A stretch of 64,000 bases of DNA. Origin: Eukaryota sp. GEM-RC1 (taxonomy: Eukaryota). Where the stretch lies: assembly GCA_040285855.1 (NCBI GenBank), contig JAUFOQ010000001.1, forward strand, positions 2,170,001 through 2,234,000. The letters are read 5' to 3'. A model generated the notes under the pieces. The model had not been told where the DNA came from and ran no database searches. It saw nothing but the letters and a program-made list of their open reading frames with translations. Position numbers and translations under genes: made by a program. Of the stretch, positions 13,193 to 25,470 are shown piece after piece (the first letter of the stretch is position 1; every line of letters begins with the position of its first letter).

Positions 13193-14480
13193 CAGGGATC
13201 GAAAAAATATATTGCAATATATTTCTGGCAAAAAATATTTACAATAAATATATTGGAAAAAGTGATCATTGCAATAAATATATTGGAAAATGTGATAATT
13301 GCAATAAATAATTGCAATATATTGCAATATTTTGGGTAAAATTTGGTCTGTGAAAATGTAGGAAAATGAGATGTTTTTGGTGAAATTTACTGACTGACAA
13401 TCAACCACTGGTTACCCCTTTCAGATACATGTATGAAGAACTGCTTCTTGACGAAACTGAAATGGTTTATTTAAGCAAAATACTTATTCTACGTGTATGT
13501 CGAAGGACAAATTTAAGTTCTACGAGAACCAATGATGGTTCTAATGGTGTTTTCATCCCAATGCGACCTGTTATAGAGAAGAAACAGTTGTTTCTCCAAA
13601 GATTCTGCAGAAAGTCGAGTTCTTAAGCAACCACCTGATAACTTAGCTCTACTAAAAAAGTCGCTCAAGGGCGTTTGATGTTGCTGGAATGAAAGCAAAA
13701 TTAATGTAGTCAGACGATGATGGTGCATCTTTTATACTCTTAAGCTGGTTGGAAATTGAATTATCAGGGGAAGATGACATCTGAGGAGCTGAGATTGAAG
13801 TATCAGGGGAAGATGACAACCGAGGAGCTGATTCTAAAGGACGATCTTCTTTTAATAAACGACTTACAGAATTGCGCTCATGAATAGTAAGACATGATTC
13901 ATTACCTTCAGAGATCTTGATAAAGGCGTTCTCAAAATGAGGGGAATGAACTATTGAACTTGGAGGGTTATACATGGTATAAGTGTTCATAGTAACATAC
14001 TTAGCATGCAAAATAGAAAAGGCACTCTTTGACGCAGAAAGTGAAGTGCCGTCGTTCTGTAAAAATTTTGTAATACTGTCAAAATCGCCATAAGCGTCGG
14101 ATAGTTGACGAACAAATACGTTGTCGTTGAAACAAAGAACGTACCTTCCAACGTCGGGACCAAAATGGTCGTAAATTTGGAGCTCAAGATATTTTAAGTG
14201 ACGCCTAATCATAGATATAGCTGAAGACCAGCGGGTCGCATTCCTCTTCAACGGACGAAGTTCAGTGAGGTTACGTAGAATTCAGGAATTTTTAACGTGT
14301 CGAAGCTCACGGAAAAGTAAATCCAACTTTTTAAGTACGTTGTCTGCTTCATCGGAGTAATGTTTAACCTCTAAGGCCATCCTGTGTGATGCACATCCGA
14401 TAAAAGGTATTTCCAATAGATCGGCCAGACGTGTGTTCGTCGAACAGTTGTCCCTGACTAGGAAAAGCAAATGACTCCTG
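13193..14480 (-). mobile_element. 3' half of a decayed autonomous hAT element: transposase relic 13513-14480 plus terminal region
   Basis: DNCSTN..LA..L.IPFIGCASHR, RNATRWSS, IVHSPHFE, FIPATSNALERLF(S)RAK. TIR-like CAGGGATCGAAAAAATAT at 13193 is followed by ATTGCAATAAATATATTGG repeats (13208-13330). Confidence 0.85.
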
Positions 14481-14499
14481 TTTCGATCAACTGCGGTAA

Positions 14500-15330
14500 G
14501 TGATCATCCAGAGTACAGTTCTGGATTACTTGGAGATGGAGTTGTCTAGGGTCAGTTTTCGAACCAAAGATAAGCTCGCAGGGAGTGAAATTAGTAATTG
14601 AACTGGTTCTGGTGTTCAGGATCAGTTGGGTGATGGGTATGTATGTGCTCCAATTTGAGTGAGCTTGTAGGTCAATGAGCAGGCGGCGAAGGGTCTGGAG
14701 AACTTCACGGTGTCTTCTTTCTACTAGTCCATTTGACTGATGGAAGTAGGGAGTTGAAAACTTTTTCCAATGTTAAGAAATAAACATAAACTTTTGTTGA
14801 CAGCGTTAGCGAATTCCGGGCCGTTGTCACTCAGGATTTGTGATGGGATCCCGTAGTTTCCGACTACATTCCAGAGAATGGAATACGCTACTTCTTGGGC
14901 GTTGAGTACTTTCAGGGGTACTAAAATGGAGAACCTGGACAAAGAGCACACAAATACTAAGATGTATTTGTAATCTTCTGAATCTGGGGAAAGCGGTCCA
15001 ATCACGTCGGCATGTAAGCATTGGAAAGGGCGGTCTGACCAAAGATTTTCAGAAGAGGGAAGCTTTAGTTCCGGGGCAGGAGCGGTCTTTTGGCATGTGA
15101 TACAGTTCTTTACGTGAGACTTCATATCGTAGAGGTAGTTAGGCCACCAGTAGTCGCTTCTCATTAGGGCAGAGACGGAGTCTTTCTTGGATGGGTGTCC
15201 TGCTCTAGTGGATCCATGAATAGTCAGCAGCAAATGTCTTTTCAGAGAATCAGGGATGACAAACTTCTTCTTCCTGTGATTCCAGGTGAGTACATAGATT
15301 TTGTCGTTGGCTGTCATGGAGATAAGTTCT
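14500..15330 (-). pseudogene. Ty3 integrase
   Basis: H-x6-H...CxxC zinc-binding region (HGSTRAGH, CITC), ADVIGP, SDNGPEF; after a frameshift, QSNGLVERRHREV. Confidence 0.9.
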
Positions 15331-16544
15331 GTGTCGGTGGTCATGGTGATGTCGTTGTCTTTAGTTGCCTGTTCCTGTTCTTGGGATAGTAGTTTCAACC
15401 AGTCGTTGAACACATGACTGGGATCGAGGATCTGCGTCCAAGAGGTCTCTTCGGGGAGATCACTGTCGGAGCTACTCAGGGGGTTGTGGGACAAGGGGTC
15501 AATAGTTAACCGTTCGGCGAACAGGTTGTCCTCATCGATTTCTGGTTCAATGGCTCGGGAGTCATCAAGGGTGGCAATCATGATGTCAAAGGGTCCTTCG
15601 TCGGGGTGAGCGGAATCAGTACAAGGGCTGTAGTATCCAGCGTTATCATGGATACCTACATGGTCAAAGTTCGGAGGAGCTAGGGAATGTCGGTTCTAGG
15701 CTTAATACTAATATTAATTGGAGGGTTCCAGGGACCAGGTAGTTCGTTGCGCAGGTTGTCAACGAGCCGTGTATCCTTGGGCGATTCTCCGAGAAATTGT
15801 TCGTACAGGTCATCTTCGTCTTCTGAAGAGACTGAAATAATAGCAGAGGTAGAGGCGGAGTTCGTGATTTTTAGGAATTCAGCGGTGTCGTGGATCAAAT
15901 GTGGAAAAAGGCGGTAGCTAGCACCAATTGCTTCAATCGAGGGAAGGTCTTCAAGCATTGGGAATGCTCATCATCTACGATGACGATGGGAGACTCATCA
16001 GAGCTGCTGAGATCTATATGATCTGGTACGTCAGTCATGTAAATACGAAATTCATCATCTGAGTCGGTGGATGGCAATTGGCACATGTGTCCATCATCGT
16101 CGATGTAGAGACCATTTCCTCTTAGGTGATCATGGCAATAATGGTCTTCTATTTCGTTTTCAACTAGGGCTACAGCGGCATCTCTTTCCAGTTGAAAGCG
16201 GAGTTGTTCGTCAGCGGATTCTTTGATTTCGGCTTCTAGGGCGTTTATGTACTCCTGTTCTTGTTCATGAGCTTCCATGAAGGCGTCTTTTTTATCCCAG
16301 AAAAGCTGGACTTGCTCATCTCTGCTAAGTCCCTCACTATCCTTGATGAACCTTTGCATCATCTGCGTCGACGTTTGAAACGTTGCTCCAGAAGCCCTGT
16401 TTGAAACAGGTCCCGAGGGTTGATGAGAAGTCTGTGGAGAGGATAACCTACTATCCTCTGCCATCAAGTGTCTCCCCTCGACTGCATCCAGCACCGTAGA
16501 CGAGCACATCAGAATGCTAGGGTTAACGGAAGAGGGTTCGGGGA

Positions 16545-18038
16545 AGCATCGAGAAAGCAAGTCAGCGAAGTGGTTGTCTTCACCAGCGGTATGGACAAGT
16601 TCGAATTCAAAGTTAGCAAGGATGTGGATCCATCGGGTGACGATCCTGTTCTTTTCGGGAGCTGAGATTAAATAAGATAAGTTTTTGTGGTCACAAAATA
16701 ACGTAAATCTTTTGGTTAAGAGGAAAGAAGATAATGGGGACAGAGTCAGGGTGGCCAGGATGGCGTATAACTCTTCCTGGATGGTAGGCCAATTTCTTTG
16801 GCTGTCTGTGAACTTCTTGCTGTAATAGCAGAGAGGTCTGGTCTTCCTTTCGATAAGGGGGGTTCCAGTCGGGCAGTCTTCAATTTGTTCCCAAATAATT
16901 CCGGAAAGGCCTACTTCAGAGGCGGCGGTGGAAATCGAAATGGTAGCCTTGGCGTCAGGCAGGTTCAAGGGTATGTTACTGGAAATTAGTTTTAAAATTT
17001 CTTTGAAGCACGTTTCAGTTTCAGCGGTCCAGATTATCTTGTTAGTTTTTCTCAGAAGGTTGGAGATTGGTTCCAGAACAGAGGCTAGGTTGGGGATCCA
17101 GTCTCTAATGAAATTGATGGATCCAACGAAACTTCTGACTTCCGATAGGGTCTTAGGTCTAGGAAGTGAGCAGATAGCTTGGATCCGATCTGGGCTGATC
17201 GATCGTTGAAAATTTTGAAAAACGCTACCTTAAATCTCAATTATGCTCTTGTAGGTGATAAAGTCGCATTTGCGGAGGCCAAATCTAACTCGTTTGTCAC
17301 CAGCTTTCAAAAGGATTTTCCTGAGCTTAGAAAGTAGATTTGGGAAGTCATCAGAACATACAATTATATCGTCAATATAAATGAAAATGTCTTCATCAGC
17401 GAAGAAAGAGACCATTAAATTTTGAAAGAATGCTGGGACATTCTTCAGTCCAAAAGCAGTACGGGTAAAAGAAATAGAGCGTCCGGGAAGAGATAGCGAA
17501 GCTTTCTTTACGTCATCTGGGTGAAGTTTGACTTGCCAGAAGGCTTTAGGTAAGTCAAGGGTAGCAATATATTTAGCCTTTGATAGGACAGGCAGGATAT
17601 CAGCGATTTTAGGCAAATTGGCTTCCAGAGTGAGAGAAAGATCATTGATTCCATTCTTGCCACTGAAATCTCCGGTCAAACGAGGGGCCTTGTCAGTGTA
17701 GGTCACTGAACAGATGGGTGAGGACCATTTGGTCTCTTTAGGTACGGCAAATTTCTTTTTAAGAAGGTCGTCAAATTCTTTGTTTGCAATTTCTAATTTT
17801 TCGGGGCTGAGGTTCCTGGGGGGCGGCTTACAATTTTGGATTCGTCTGCGAAGGGGATTCTCATCGGTTCACAGTCGATGGCTTCTGGGTGAGGCAAGTC
17901 ACTAAAGACGTCACTGAATTCAGCAAGGAGGTCAATTAAAGCTTCTTTCTCGACGGGGGGAAGTTCTATTCTGGTTTTCTTCTGTTCAAGTTGTTGCTTA
18001 AATGAGTTAATTGGGGAACTAGGATTAGTAGCAAACAC
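16545..18038 (-). pseudogene. Ty3 reverse transcriptase + RNase H
   Basis: LDLPKAFWQ, FGLKNVPAFFQ, YIDD, VRSFVGSINF; RNase H YYSKKF...ELYAI...CDHKNL...NHFADLLSR. In-frame TAA at 17230, and the first RNase H Asp is replaced (TAAS). Confidence 0.93.
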
Positions 18039-18039
18039 T

Positions 18040-18564
18040 TCAGGGGGGAGCAGTCATAAACTGGTCAAAAGCAGTTTCAGCAGAGATAAATCTTCGATGT
18101 TCTTCGTCAAGTTTGATGTTCACACCGTTGGCATCCATAAGAACTAGTTTGGTCAGGATGTCACAACCGATTATGAGCTGGTTTTGGCCTGGTAAGATAG
18201 GCAGGGTGGACTTCAAGTGTACTTTCTTGGCTGGGCCTTCGAAGAGAAAAGTAAGGTAGCCACAAGCAAGGCCGGGGGAGTAAATTCTAGACTGGTTAGC
18301 TAGGAAGATTGGAATTTGTTTTTCAGAGATTTCCATGTTAGCATTTGAGGCAATGTCTTGAGTGATACAAAAAGTCTTAGCGGCAGTATCAATAGTGCCC
18401 ATAGTAGGTACTCCATTGATAGTAAGATTAATTTTTAAAAAGTCATTCTTGTGGGAAAGTTTACAAGGGTCTGAAGTTAGGTGAGTAGAAATAGCATTAA
18501 CAGAGTTGCTCTGTGAATCATCAATCCCAAGGTCTACAGGTAGACAAAGGGGAATGTAATCCAC
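18040..18564 (-). pseudogene. Ty3 aspartic protease
   Basis: GTIDTAA catalytic motif and LIIGCDIL. Confidence 0.85.
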
Positions 18565-19728
18565 GAATTCTGGAGCAGGTAAAGAGGTATCTACTGCGTT
18601 AACTTGGCGTTGGTTAGAAGAGCGGGTATTGGGTCGACGATTAATGGTGGGTTCTCTTTGATTTCTGCGATGGACAGGCTGACTTCGTGGTTGGTCTCTT
18701 GGAACGCTTCGTGGGGGATTTTCACGAGCAGGGGGTCTAGGAGAGCAATGTTGTTGGGCGGGATATTGAGTAGTGGATAAGGGGCGGTGAAATCGACTCG
18801 CACGGCAGCTGGGATCTGGACAGTCGGCTTTGACATGTCAAGGCTCCTTGCAGTAAGCGCAAGTGAGGTGAGAAGAAGAATGAGAGGGTCTAGAGGAGCG
18901 AGGTTGAGTTCTGGGTTGGCGGTTAGTTGTTCGACTGGGAGCTGGTTGTTGAGGACGGGGTTCTTCAAGAGAATAGGAGAGCTGCATTGCTGCGAAAAGT
19001 TGGCGGGTGCGAGATAAGATTTCGTCGAGAGAAGTAATTCTCCCGTTTTTAAATGAAGAGAAGACACGAGAAGAGACGGAAGAAGGAGTGATGCCCTTGA
19101 TAAAGGAGGACATGAAGTGATCTTCTTTGAAAATCAGGTGGGAGATCTGTTTCTTAAGGTCTTGAAACCTTAGAACGTAGTCTGCTAAGCGCATGGAGGA
19201 CTCTTTTATAGAGGGGTTCATACTGATCTTCGAAAGCAGGCGGTCGGCGAGAGCTTCATCATGAATGAGCGAGTTGGAGTAGATCCACGCGAGAAGCTGT
19301 TCGTTGTCTTCCTCAGCTTCGGGGCAGAGGAGAGGAATAGCGGATAAAAGGCGTGGGCTAATAAAGCGTCGGATAACGGAGATAAGAGAGTTCATCTCTG
19401 GCGGGACAGAGACTTCGGATGGGTCGGGACAGAACTGTAGCATAGGGGAGCGAACAATTCTGGAGGGAGGTACAGCTTCAGCTAGTACTGCTTCGTTACC
19501 TTCGTCTTCTGACTCGGTAGCGGACTCGAACTCTTGGACTTCGGCGACAGCAGGGCGGTACAATGCTTCGGAAGCCTGGAGGGCAGCGGCGTAAGCCTGG
19601 AGGTCATCCAGAAACTTACAAGACTCAAGACGGGAGGTTTCGTTCAGGAGAGGAGCTGAGAGTGAGTTGGTTGAATGGGGATTGCCCACAGTAATTACTG
19701 TTGGTCTTTGTGCACTATATTGGAACAT
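18565..19728 (-). pseudogene. Ty3 gag with CCHC knuckle, in frame with pol
   Basis: CAYCKEP*HVKADCPDPSC (TGA at the conserved Gly); YVLRF and FIKGI capsid-like motifs; probable ATG at 19728. Confidence 0.8.
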
Positions 19729-20571
19729 ACTATGTAGAGGAAAACCTCTATAGATGTAAGGGGGAAGATAAAAACCTAATATGAAATTACACAAATCTAC
19801 AACTACAACAGTAAGATTAGACTTGTATCGTGTGGATGGATCAATGACATCATTGAGAATACTGTACAACGAGAATCTTGAACGTTTACTACAGGCAGTT
19901 AGTTTGAGCTTAAGGAGATCATGGATCCCTGCTGATGGTAGTTTGGTAAACCTAGAATACTGCGAAATTTCGGCCGGGGAGCGTTCGAGGAAGAAGTAAG
20001 TATAAAAAGCACGAACTCGTATCAGAAGTTGTGTGACGAATAATTTCTTTAAAGTATACCTTTTGTAGATTTGCTAGAGGATTAAATTGATCAACAATTG
20101 TCCGTCCTGTTAATTTTGGGAAAAAGTGATCCAACATATCCTTCACTTTGACTCAACAGCCATCCATGATGTATACGAATACACACGATCGGGATAAACG
20201 TATTCACTAGTGATCCCAAAGTTCAAGTATTGAAACGCTTTTAATTTAAAATATTACACTTGGTAAATCTGTGAAATTTAAAAATCACTGCCAGTTTGGT
20301 CCTCAAAATCTTACATCACATGGCAAAAAAATTAGACCTCAAATATTCTCAGTGTGACTATAATCCAAACAGACAAGTTCGTAAATAACTGTTAGTTTAA
20401 GAGAAATGAAGTATTTATGAGAATCCTGGAAGTTTCTTCATTGAAATAGAGATTAGGCTGATGTTTGAACACCTTAAATGATTTAATAGCTGGGGATCAA
20501 TTTCAAACGATGTCATGACCATTACAAACAAATTTATTTCTACAATGTATATGTACAAACTATGAATCCAT

Positions 20572-20896
20572 CTAGCAAAAATTGAACCATTTACAGGCTG
20601 CTCTTGTGCAATCGGAAGGACATGCACCTTGCAGGAGAGCATTGCAACCAGCATTACACGCTAAGATTAGAGATGTAGAAGTTGAACAAACCAGCCATAA
20701 ATGTTCCTGTAGGAGAACAAGCGACAGCGCATCCGCTAGCTTCGGCAACACTATAAATAACACGGAGGACACGGGCGCAAGTATCACATTCAGCATTAGA
20801 AGCGTCAGTATTTTCATGTGGATAGACAGGAGTCTGCCATTCTGCGAACACTGCAGCAAAGAGAAGAGCTATCAGGAGTGCTTTGAACATGAACAA
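20572..20896 (-). CDS. Secreted 97-aa, 10-Cys saposin-like peptide; 31-nt intron at 20661-20691
   Basis: Removing GTTTGTTCAACTTCTACATCTCTAATCTTAG joins two ORFs into MFMFKALLIALLFAAVFA-EWQ...ECDTC...GCAVAC...ACNAGC...ACPSDCTRAACKWFNFC*. It has a signal peptide, an N-terminal CxxC and a C-terminal Cx5C. Confidence 0.88.
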
Positions 20897-21574
20897 AGAA
20901 GTTTTGATAAATCAACACTGTTTTATTGATAATCACGATCATCCATCATCAGTGTGCTTCTTTAAACAACACTTCTTTAAAAAACAGTACACTAGTCAAA
21001 CATCCATGCGTAAATCATCCTAGTAGTGTTTTGACGAAGTATACTACTTCTCATTAGCCAGAAGCAGCACTGCTCCTAAACAACAAACAGTCAGAACTGT
21101 GTTTCTTTCTCATGACTGTCTGTAATGGTCAGATCTCTTAAGCCACGTCAATACATCTTCTTCCCATGTCTCCTCTACAACTTTATCTGTCTCTTTCAAA
21201 AACAGGTACAATGTAGCTTGTGTACTGTTACTTTTACCCCTTCCAATCTCATTTCTACGATCCTACTCATCTTACCTTTCTTACAATGTCTTTGTAACTC
21301 ATGTACTCTCTCTGTATCATCTTATCGTGATAACAGACCTATCCTCTCCACTGCTATCTCAATAACTTCTTCAGAACGCCAGTGATTTGAGTCAAAGTTT
21401 TGTGACTTACCAGTTACATCGAACCTCATCTCAACACTAATCCTTCCTCTCTCACATCTTCCCTCTGCAATTATTTCTAGGATCCCCTCCCCTCACATTA
21501 CAATGTCTCTTCCTATTACTCTTCCAGCTCTTCCCAAGTGTTCCATGGCCAGTTGTTTTTCCTCTGTTCAATGA

Positions 21575-21736
21575 AATCCTGATCAAAAGTTGAATTGCTC
21601 TCACCCTGGATTGTGTTATGTACCTCAAACTGGACGATTGAAAGTTTATGGATCTGGATTCCATATAATGGCTTCGTCCCAAACTTCGGGATACCAGACT
21701 CGAGTATCTGTTTCTTGTGTAGAATTGTACTCGTAG
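21575..21736 (+). pseudogene. C-terminal fragment paralogous to the 6249-9212 gene
   Basis: AATCCTGATCAAAAGTTGAATTGCTCTCACCCTGGATTGTGTTATGTACCTCAAAC is identical to 9051-9106. Confidence 0.9.
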
Positions 21737-22324
21737 GCTTTTTTCAATTCAGTGAATAAAACTAAGCAAATGTATTTACCAAAAAAGTTAGCTTCTTAAT
21801 TAAGGCTTTTTAAAGATAAGGTTGGACAGGTCAAAGTCTTGTCCTTATCTTGATTTTTGACCTTTTGTTTCATCTCTTGATTTGTTACATTGAATGAATA
21901 CATTGTCTGTTTTTTAGATGATTAGTTTATGTGAAGTTATTGCTTGTGCTTAAACTCAAAGAGATCAAACAGTACCGTTCAAAACCCGATTCTAATCATG
22001 AATTAAGACATTCTTTAAACATTAGCTGGGGTGTCTACTTTCACAAAGCATAGTAAATTTGTAAGTACAAAACCAGCGAGGAAACAATCGTCATAATCAG
22101 AGTCAGATGAAAGTCGACTAACTTCTTTCTCTGATGAAGATTAGTTAGACATCTTCACTAGCATATGATGAATACAAAGTTGTTCAGTTTTGATTATGAT
22201 AGAATATACAGTTTTCTCAATCATTACTTCGTCCTTTTCTAAGATCAGTTTACCAGTGAAAGACACGTGTAGCAACTCAAATACAGAAGATGAAGGTGAA
22301 TGAAGAAGCGAACTAGTGAGGGAG

Positions 22325-22972
22325 ATTTCATTTACTGAGATCAAATGAATGGCCTGAATGTAATGAATTTATAAACGATTCAAAAGTTGTAGCAATGATT
22401 GTGTTATCCAAAAGTTCTTGCTCTAGACAGTTGAGTCCACTAGTAGACAGTCTTAGTGCTGACGATCTAGCATATTTTGATGAATCCTTTGTTTGTCCAA
22501 GAATAGCGGATTTTGTTTGATTCTGTGATGAATCCAAATTGGAACACGATTGTAAATACTATGTGCAAGTTAATCGATATCCTACATCAATGGTTGTCGG
22601 GACCGAACTTAACTCCTCTTTACCGTTATTTGATTGCAAATCACTCAGCACTTAATTCTAAAGATATTAATTGTTCCAAACTCTGCGATATTGACTTTTA
22701 CAACTACCAACTCTTCCTAACGATCCATGGAGATTGATCTTTGTACGTGTAATTGAAAGTTCTAGCTTGAATGAAATTGAACTAGCTGCTGTTACAAAAC
22801 ATTTGGTGGGGACTTGTTTAACTAGACAGGATTTCCTTCCAATTCCTAGAAAGTTTTCACTATTTGACAAGTTTCCCAAAAGTTTGTTCTTTAAGGCCGA
22901 TGATCCTCTTAAACTTTACTTCGGGACAACAGACCCTGGCATCTGTTTTTCGTGTAGAATTGTATTCTTAAT
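22325..22972 (+). pseudogene. Frameshifted, internally deleted paralog of 8265-9212
   Basis: Clear nucleotide and protein similarity (MNPNWNTIVNTMCKLIDILHQWL; ESSSLNEIEL; FDKFPKSL). Confidence 0.9.
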
Positions 22973-23199
22973 GTTTTTTGAATTTATGGAATATAAATAA
23001 ATCATTGTCTTTACCACACAAATTGGCTTTACTTTAGTGCTATAATAATAAAGTGTCGCCAGTATGAATTTGGATGACAAATCTTGCCTATTAAAAAAGG
23101 GTCATACTAAAAGGACTACGGAAATACACTAGCACCATCTCAGAATCTCTCTTACCCGCCCTACATTTGTTTATGATACACAGTACAGCTCTAAACTGT

Positions 23200-24240
23200 T
23201 ACACAAATGAATGCAACATTGATCTGATGGACACATTCTTACCCGTTTGTAGACGTCCTATATAATCTTGAAACAAGATGAGATGAGACACATGAAATAG
23301 AGTTAATGATCCAATGATAAGCGTTAAAACATGTATATGAAGAACAACCATCATTTCCAGAAACTTATGTAAGAGTAGAGACATCAAGAAACAAGGATGA
23401 AGTGATCACGAGAGACGAGTGATTGATAGTCCACGCGCGGATACAAAGACAGATGATGGAATGAAGATCATATGAGAGTAGAAGGCGAGGTCACACGGCG
23501 TAAAGACGGGGTCAAGTGTTGAAGTTCATACTTGATGGAGTGAACGAAGAAGTTCGTCCTCAACATGAACGTTTGCTCTCTAGTCATTCCTTCTGTCTAC
23601 CTCCTGAGTCTTAACAGTTCTATAATATTCGTCATTCTTCCCTTGTCATTACTACGTTGCTCATTTTCTCGTATTCTGATGTTTCTTCTCTGGGTAGGTT
23701 CGTTCTTTCCCTTTACGTTCTGATGTACGTCCAAATGTACAACTCTGTCTTGCGGTTGTACATGATGCTTGAGTTTCAGTCTTCCTTTTCCGATTTACCC
23801 TCTCTTTCTACCCGTCCTCACTTATCTCCATGCAAGCTTACTCTTCGTCGTGTAATAACTCATATTCCGAATAGTCGTTCTCTAGAACATCAACAAAGAC
23901 CTCACACTTGTCTTGGTCTTGATCTCTCTCGATCTAACTCATCACTGAGATCATTCCATTGATGTCCTTGTTACCGATTTTTCATCCTTAGAATCTGTCG
24001 TCTCACTGATCACTTGTTCAAACCATACTCACTGGAAATACTTCTGAGACGACCAAAGGTCTCTCCTCATTGTAGATACAACTTTATTCCTAGTTTGGTA
24101 TTCATCAGTATTATACTAGTGATAAGAGAAACTTGAGGGATTCGTCTCTTGTATCATCAAATTTTACATTGATGATGTCTTCGTTGACATTTGCAGGAAT
24201 ATTTACTAAGTTTTATTGTTTCTTCATCAACTAGTCAAAA
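23200..24240. repeat. Modular dispersed repeat family X. Copies or partial copies at 39345-39600 (inverted), 50215-50815 (inverted), 54055-55240 (direct), 59790-60150, 63228-63320
   Basis: Shared cores GTCCACGCGCGGATAC, GAAGGCGAGGTCACACGGCGTAAAGACGGGGTCAAGTGTTGAAGTTCATAC and AACGTTTGCTCTCTAGTC. Confidence 0.9.
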
Positions 24241-24783
24241 ATCTGTGTTTATGTTGATTCAGTTTTTCGTTTTAGTGTAGTTCTTGTCTGTGGCTGAAGA
24301 AATGTCTTCCACTCAGAACTTCATCCCCCTTTATCTGTTGACAACTTAATCAGTGGAATGTTCACTTGATATCTTACCACAGAAATTTAGTTTATTTTTT
24401 TATACTACATACACGACTTCGAAAAAGGCCAATTGTTTTGTTTAATTTTGTTGTGGTTTTCACATGAAGTATGATCATTCTGGGCTCCTCAAAACTAGCC
24501 CCATGAGTACGAATACGAACAGATTCCAGGCTGTGTAACCTGCAGAGGGGGAACAAGAATACTAAATCAAGACAACAATTCACCAGTAGAGTATACTAAA
24601 TCCAATTCTACTGCTCAATGAATTTAATATTCTGATGAAAAGAAAGAGCACACAGAACAAAAAGTCACAGTCGATGATGATTTTAAAGTAGTTACAGCAA
24701 ACCCTCTACATCGGTGGGGTTTTCATCAATTTTCGGACAAATGGTTTGTTTGGTACAAAGTTGATGACCTTTGTGGCCCTTTG

Positions 24784-25101
24784 TCAGAGCAAAACAATTG
24801 AAGGGATTTTGTGACTAGACTCTGATGTACAGTTGTCTTTTAAAAAGCAATTCAATGCATGAATACCAATAGCACAACGGATTCCACGAATGTGCTTGAA
24901 TTTGAAGGTTTGGTTCATAGCAGCGTTCATATAATGTTGTGCACCATCAGTAATAACTAGATTGACATAATGGCTGCCAATATGATCAATTATTTCATTG
25001 AACATCATTGTTAAAAACTCTTCGTCTTTGCGATCGTCGATATCGTATATAGCCTCAAGGAATAGGCTTTCTTTAGCAGCAACTAAACAAAAACTAATCA
25101 C
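24784..25101 (-). mobile_element. hAT (DUF659-type) transposase fragment
   Basis: FLEAI...IIDHIG...LVITDGA.HY..A...IRCA..HALNCFLKD. Confidence 0.7.
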
Positions 25102-25128
25102 AAGAAGAGAAACTGAGACACTTTATAT

Positions 25129-25470
25129 TCACTTAACCTTAGGGATTAAAGAGGCCTCTTTTGTGGTAAAGATACAATTAGTTTGTCGAGGAGCGGAGTT
25201 TTGTCTGGTTCCGTAGGTTCTGTTGACCTTTGGGTTTCTTCGATTGTAGGGTTTATTCTTAGGTTGATCTTGAGGTTTGGGGTTATTAGAGAATTTGTTG
25301 GAGGGGCTAAGTTTGCTTCTTTTGCATTCCGGGTCACGGCAGAAGTCGATAGTGTGTCCGGGTTTCTTACAAAAGTTGCAGAAACGGACGGATGAAGGGG
25401 AATTCTGAGGGGGGGAAGAATAAAAGTTAGGTGTGCGAGAGGGAGATTTAAAGAAATTCATGCTTGTTAC
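25129..25470 (-). mobile_element. Fragment of a second Ty3 gag (CCHC knuckle); inverted partial copy at 49700-49881
   Basis: CNFCKKPGHTIDFCRDPEC, with the same CxDPxC extension as the gag at 18.8 kb. Confidence 0.8.

Larger units (their letters stand above)
14490..19990 (-). mobile_element. Ty3/Gypsy LTR retrotransposon internal region, decayed and 3'-truncated; no LTR pair recognised
   Basis: Domain order gag-PR-RT-RH-IN; boundaries approximate. Confidence 0.92.

Noticed and set aside
13200..13335. About 29-bp periodic repeats, possible CRISPR or satellite
   Set aside because: No unique spacers and a eukaryotic context; explained as hAT subterminal repeats
14282..18840. In-frame stops in TE ORFs suggesting a variant genetic code
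   Set aside because: The stops fall at positions of different residues (TGA for Gly, TAA for Leu), and genes here end in TAG, TGA or TAA; this is ordinary decay
19730..20000. Possible 5' LTR and primer-binding site of the Ty3 element
   Set aside because: No second LTR copy, TG..CA pair or TGG-type PBS could be identified
21110..21300. Possible decayed RING finger (TVC...QCSLC)
   Set aside because: Ligand spacing needs frameshifts and several ligands are missing
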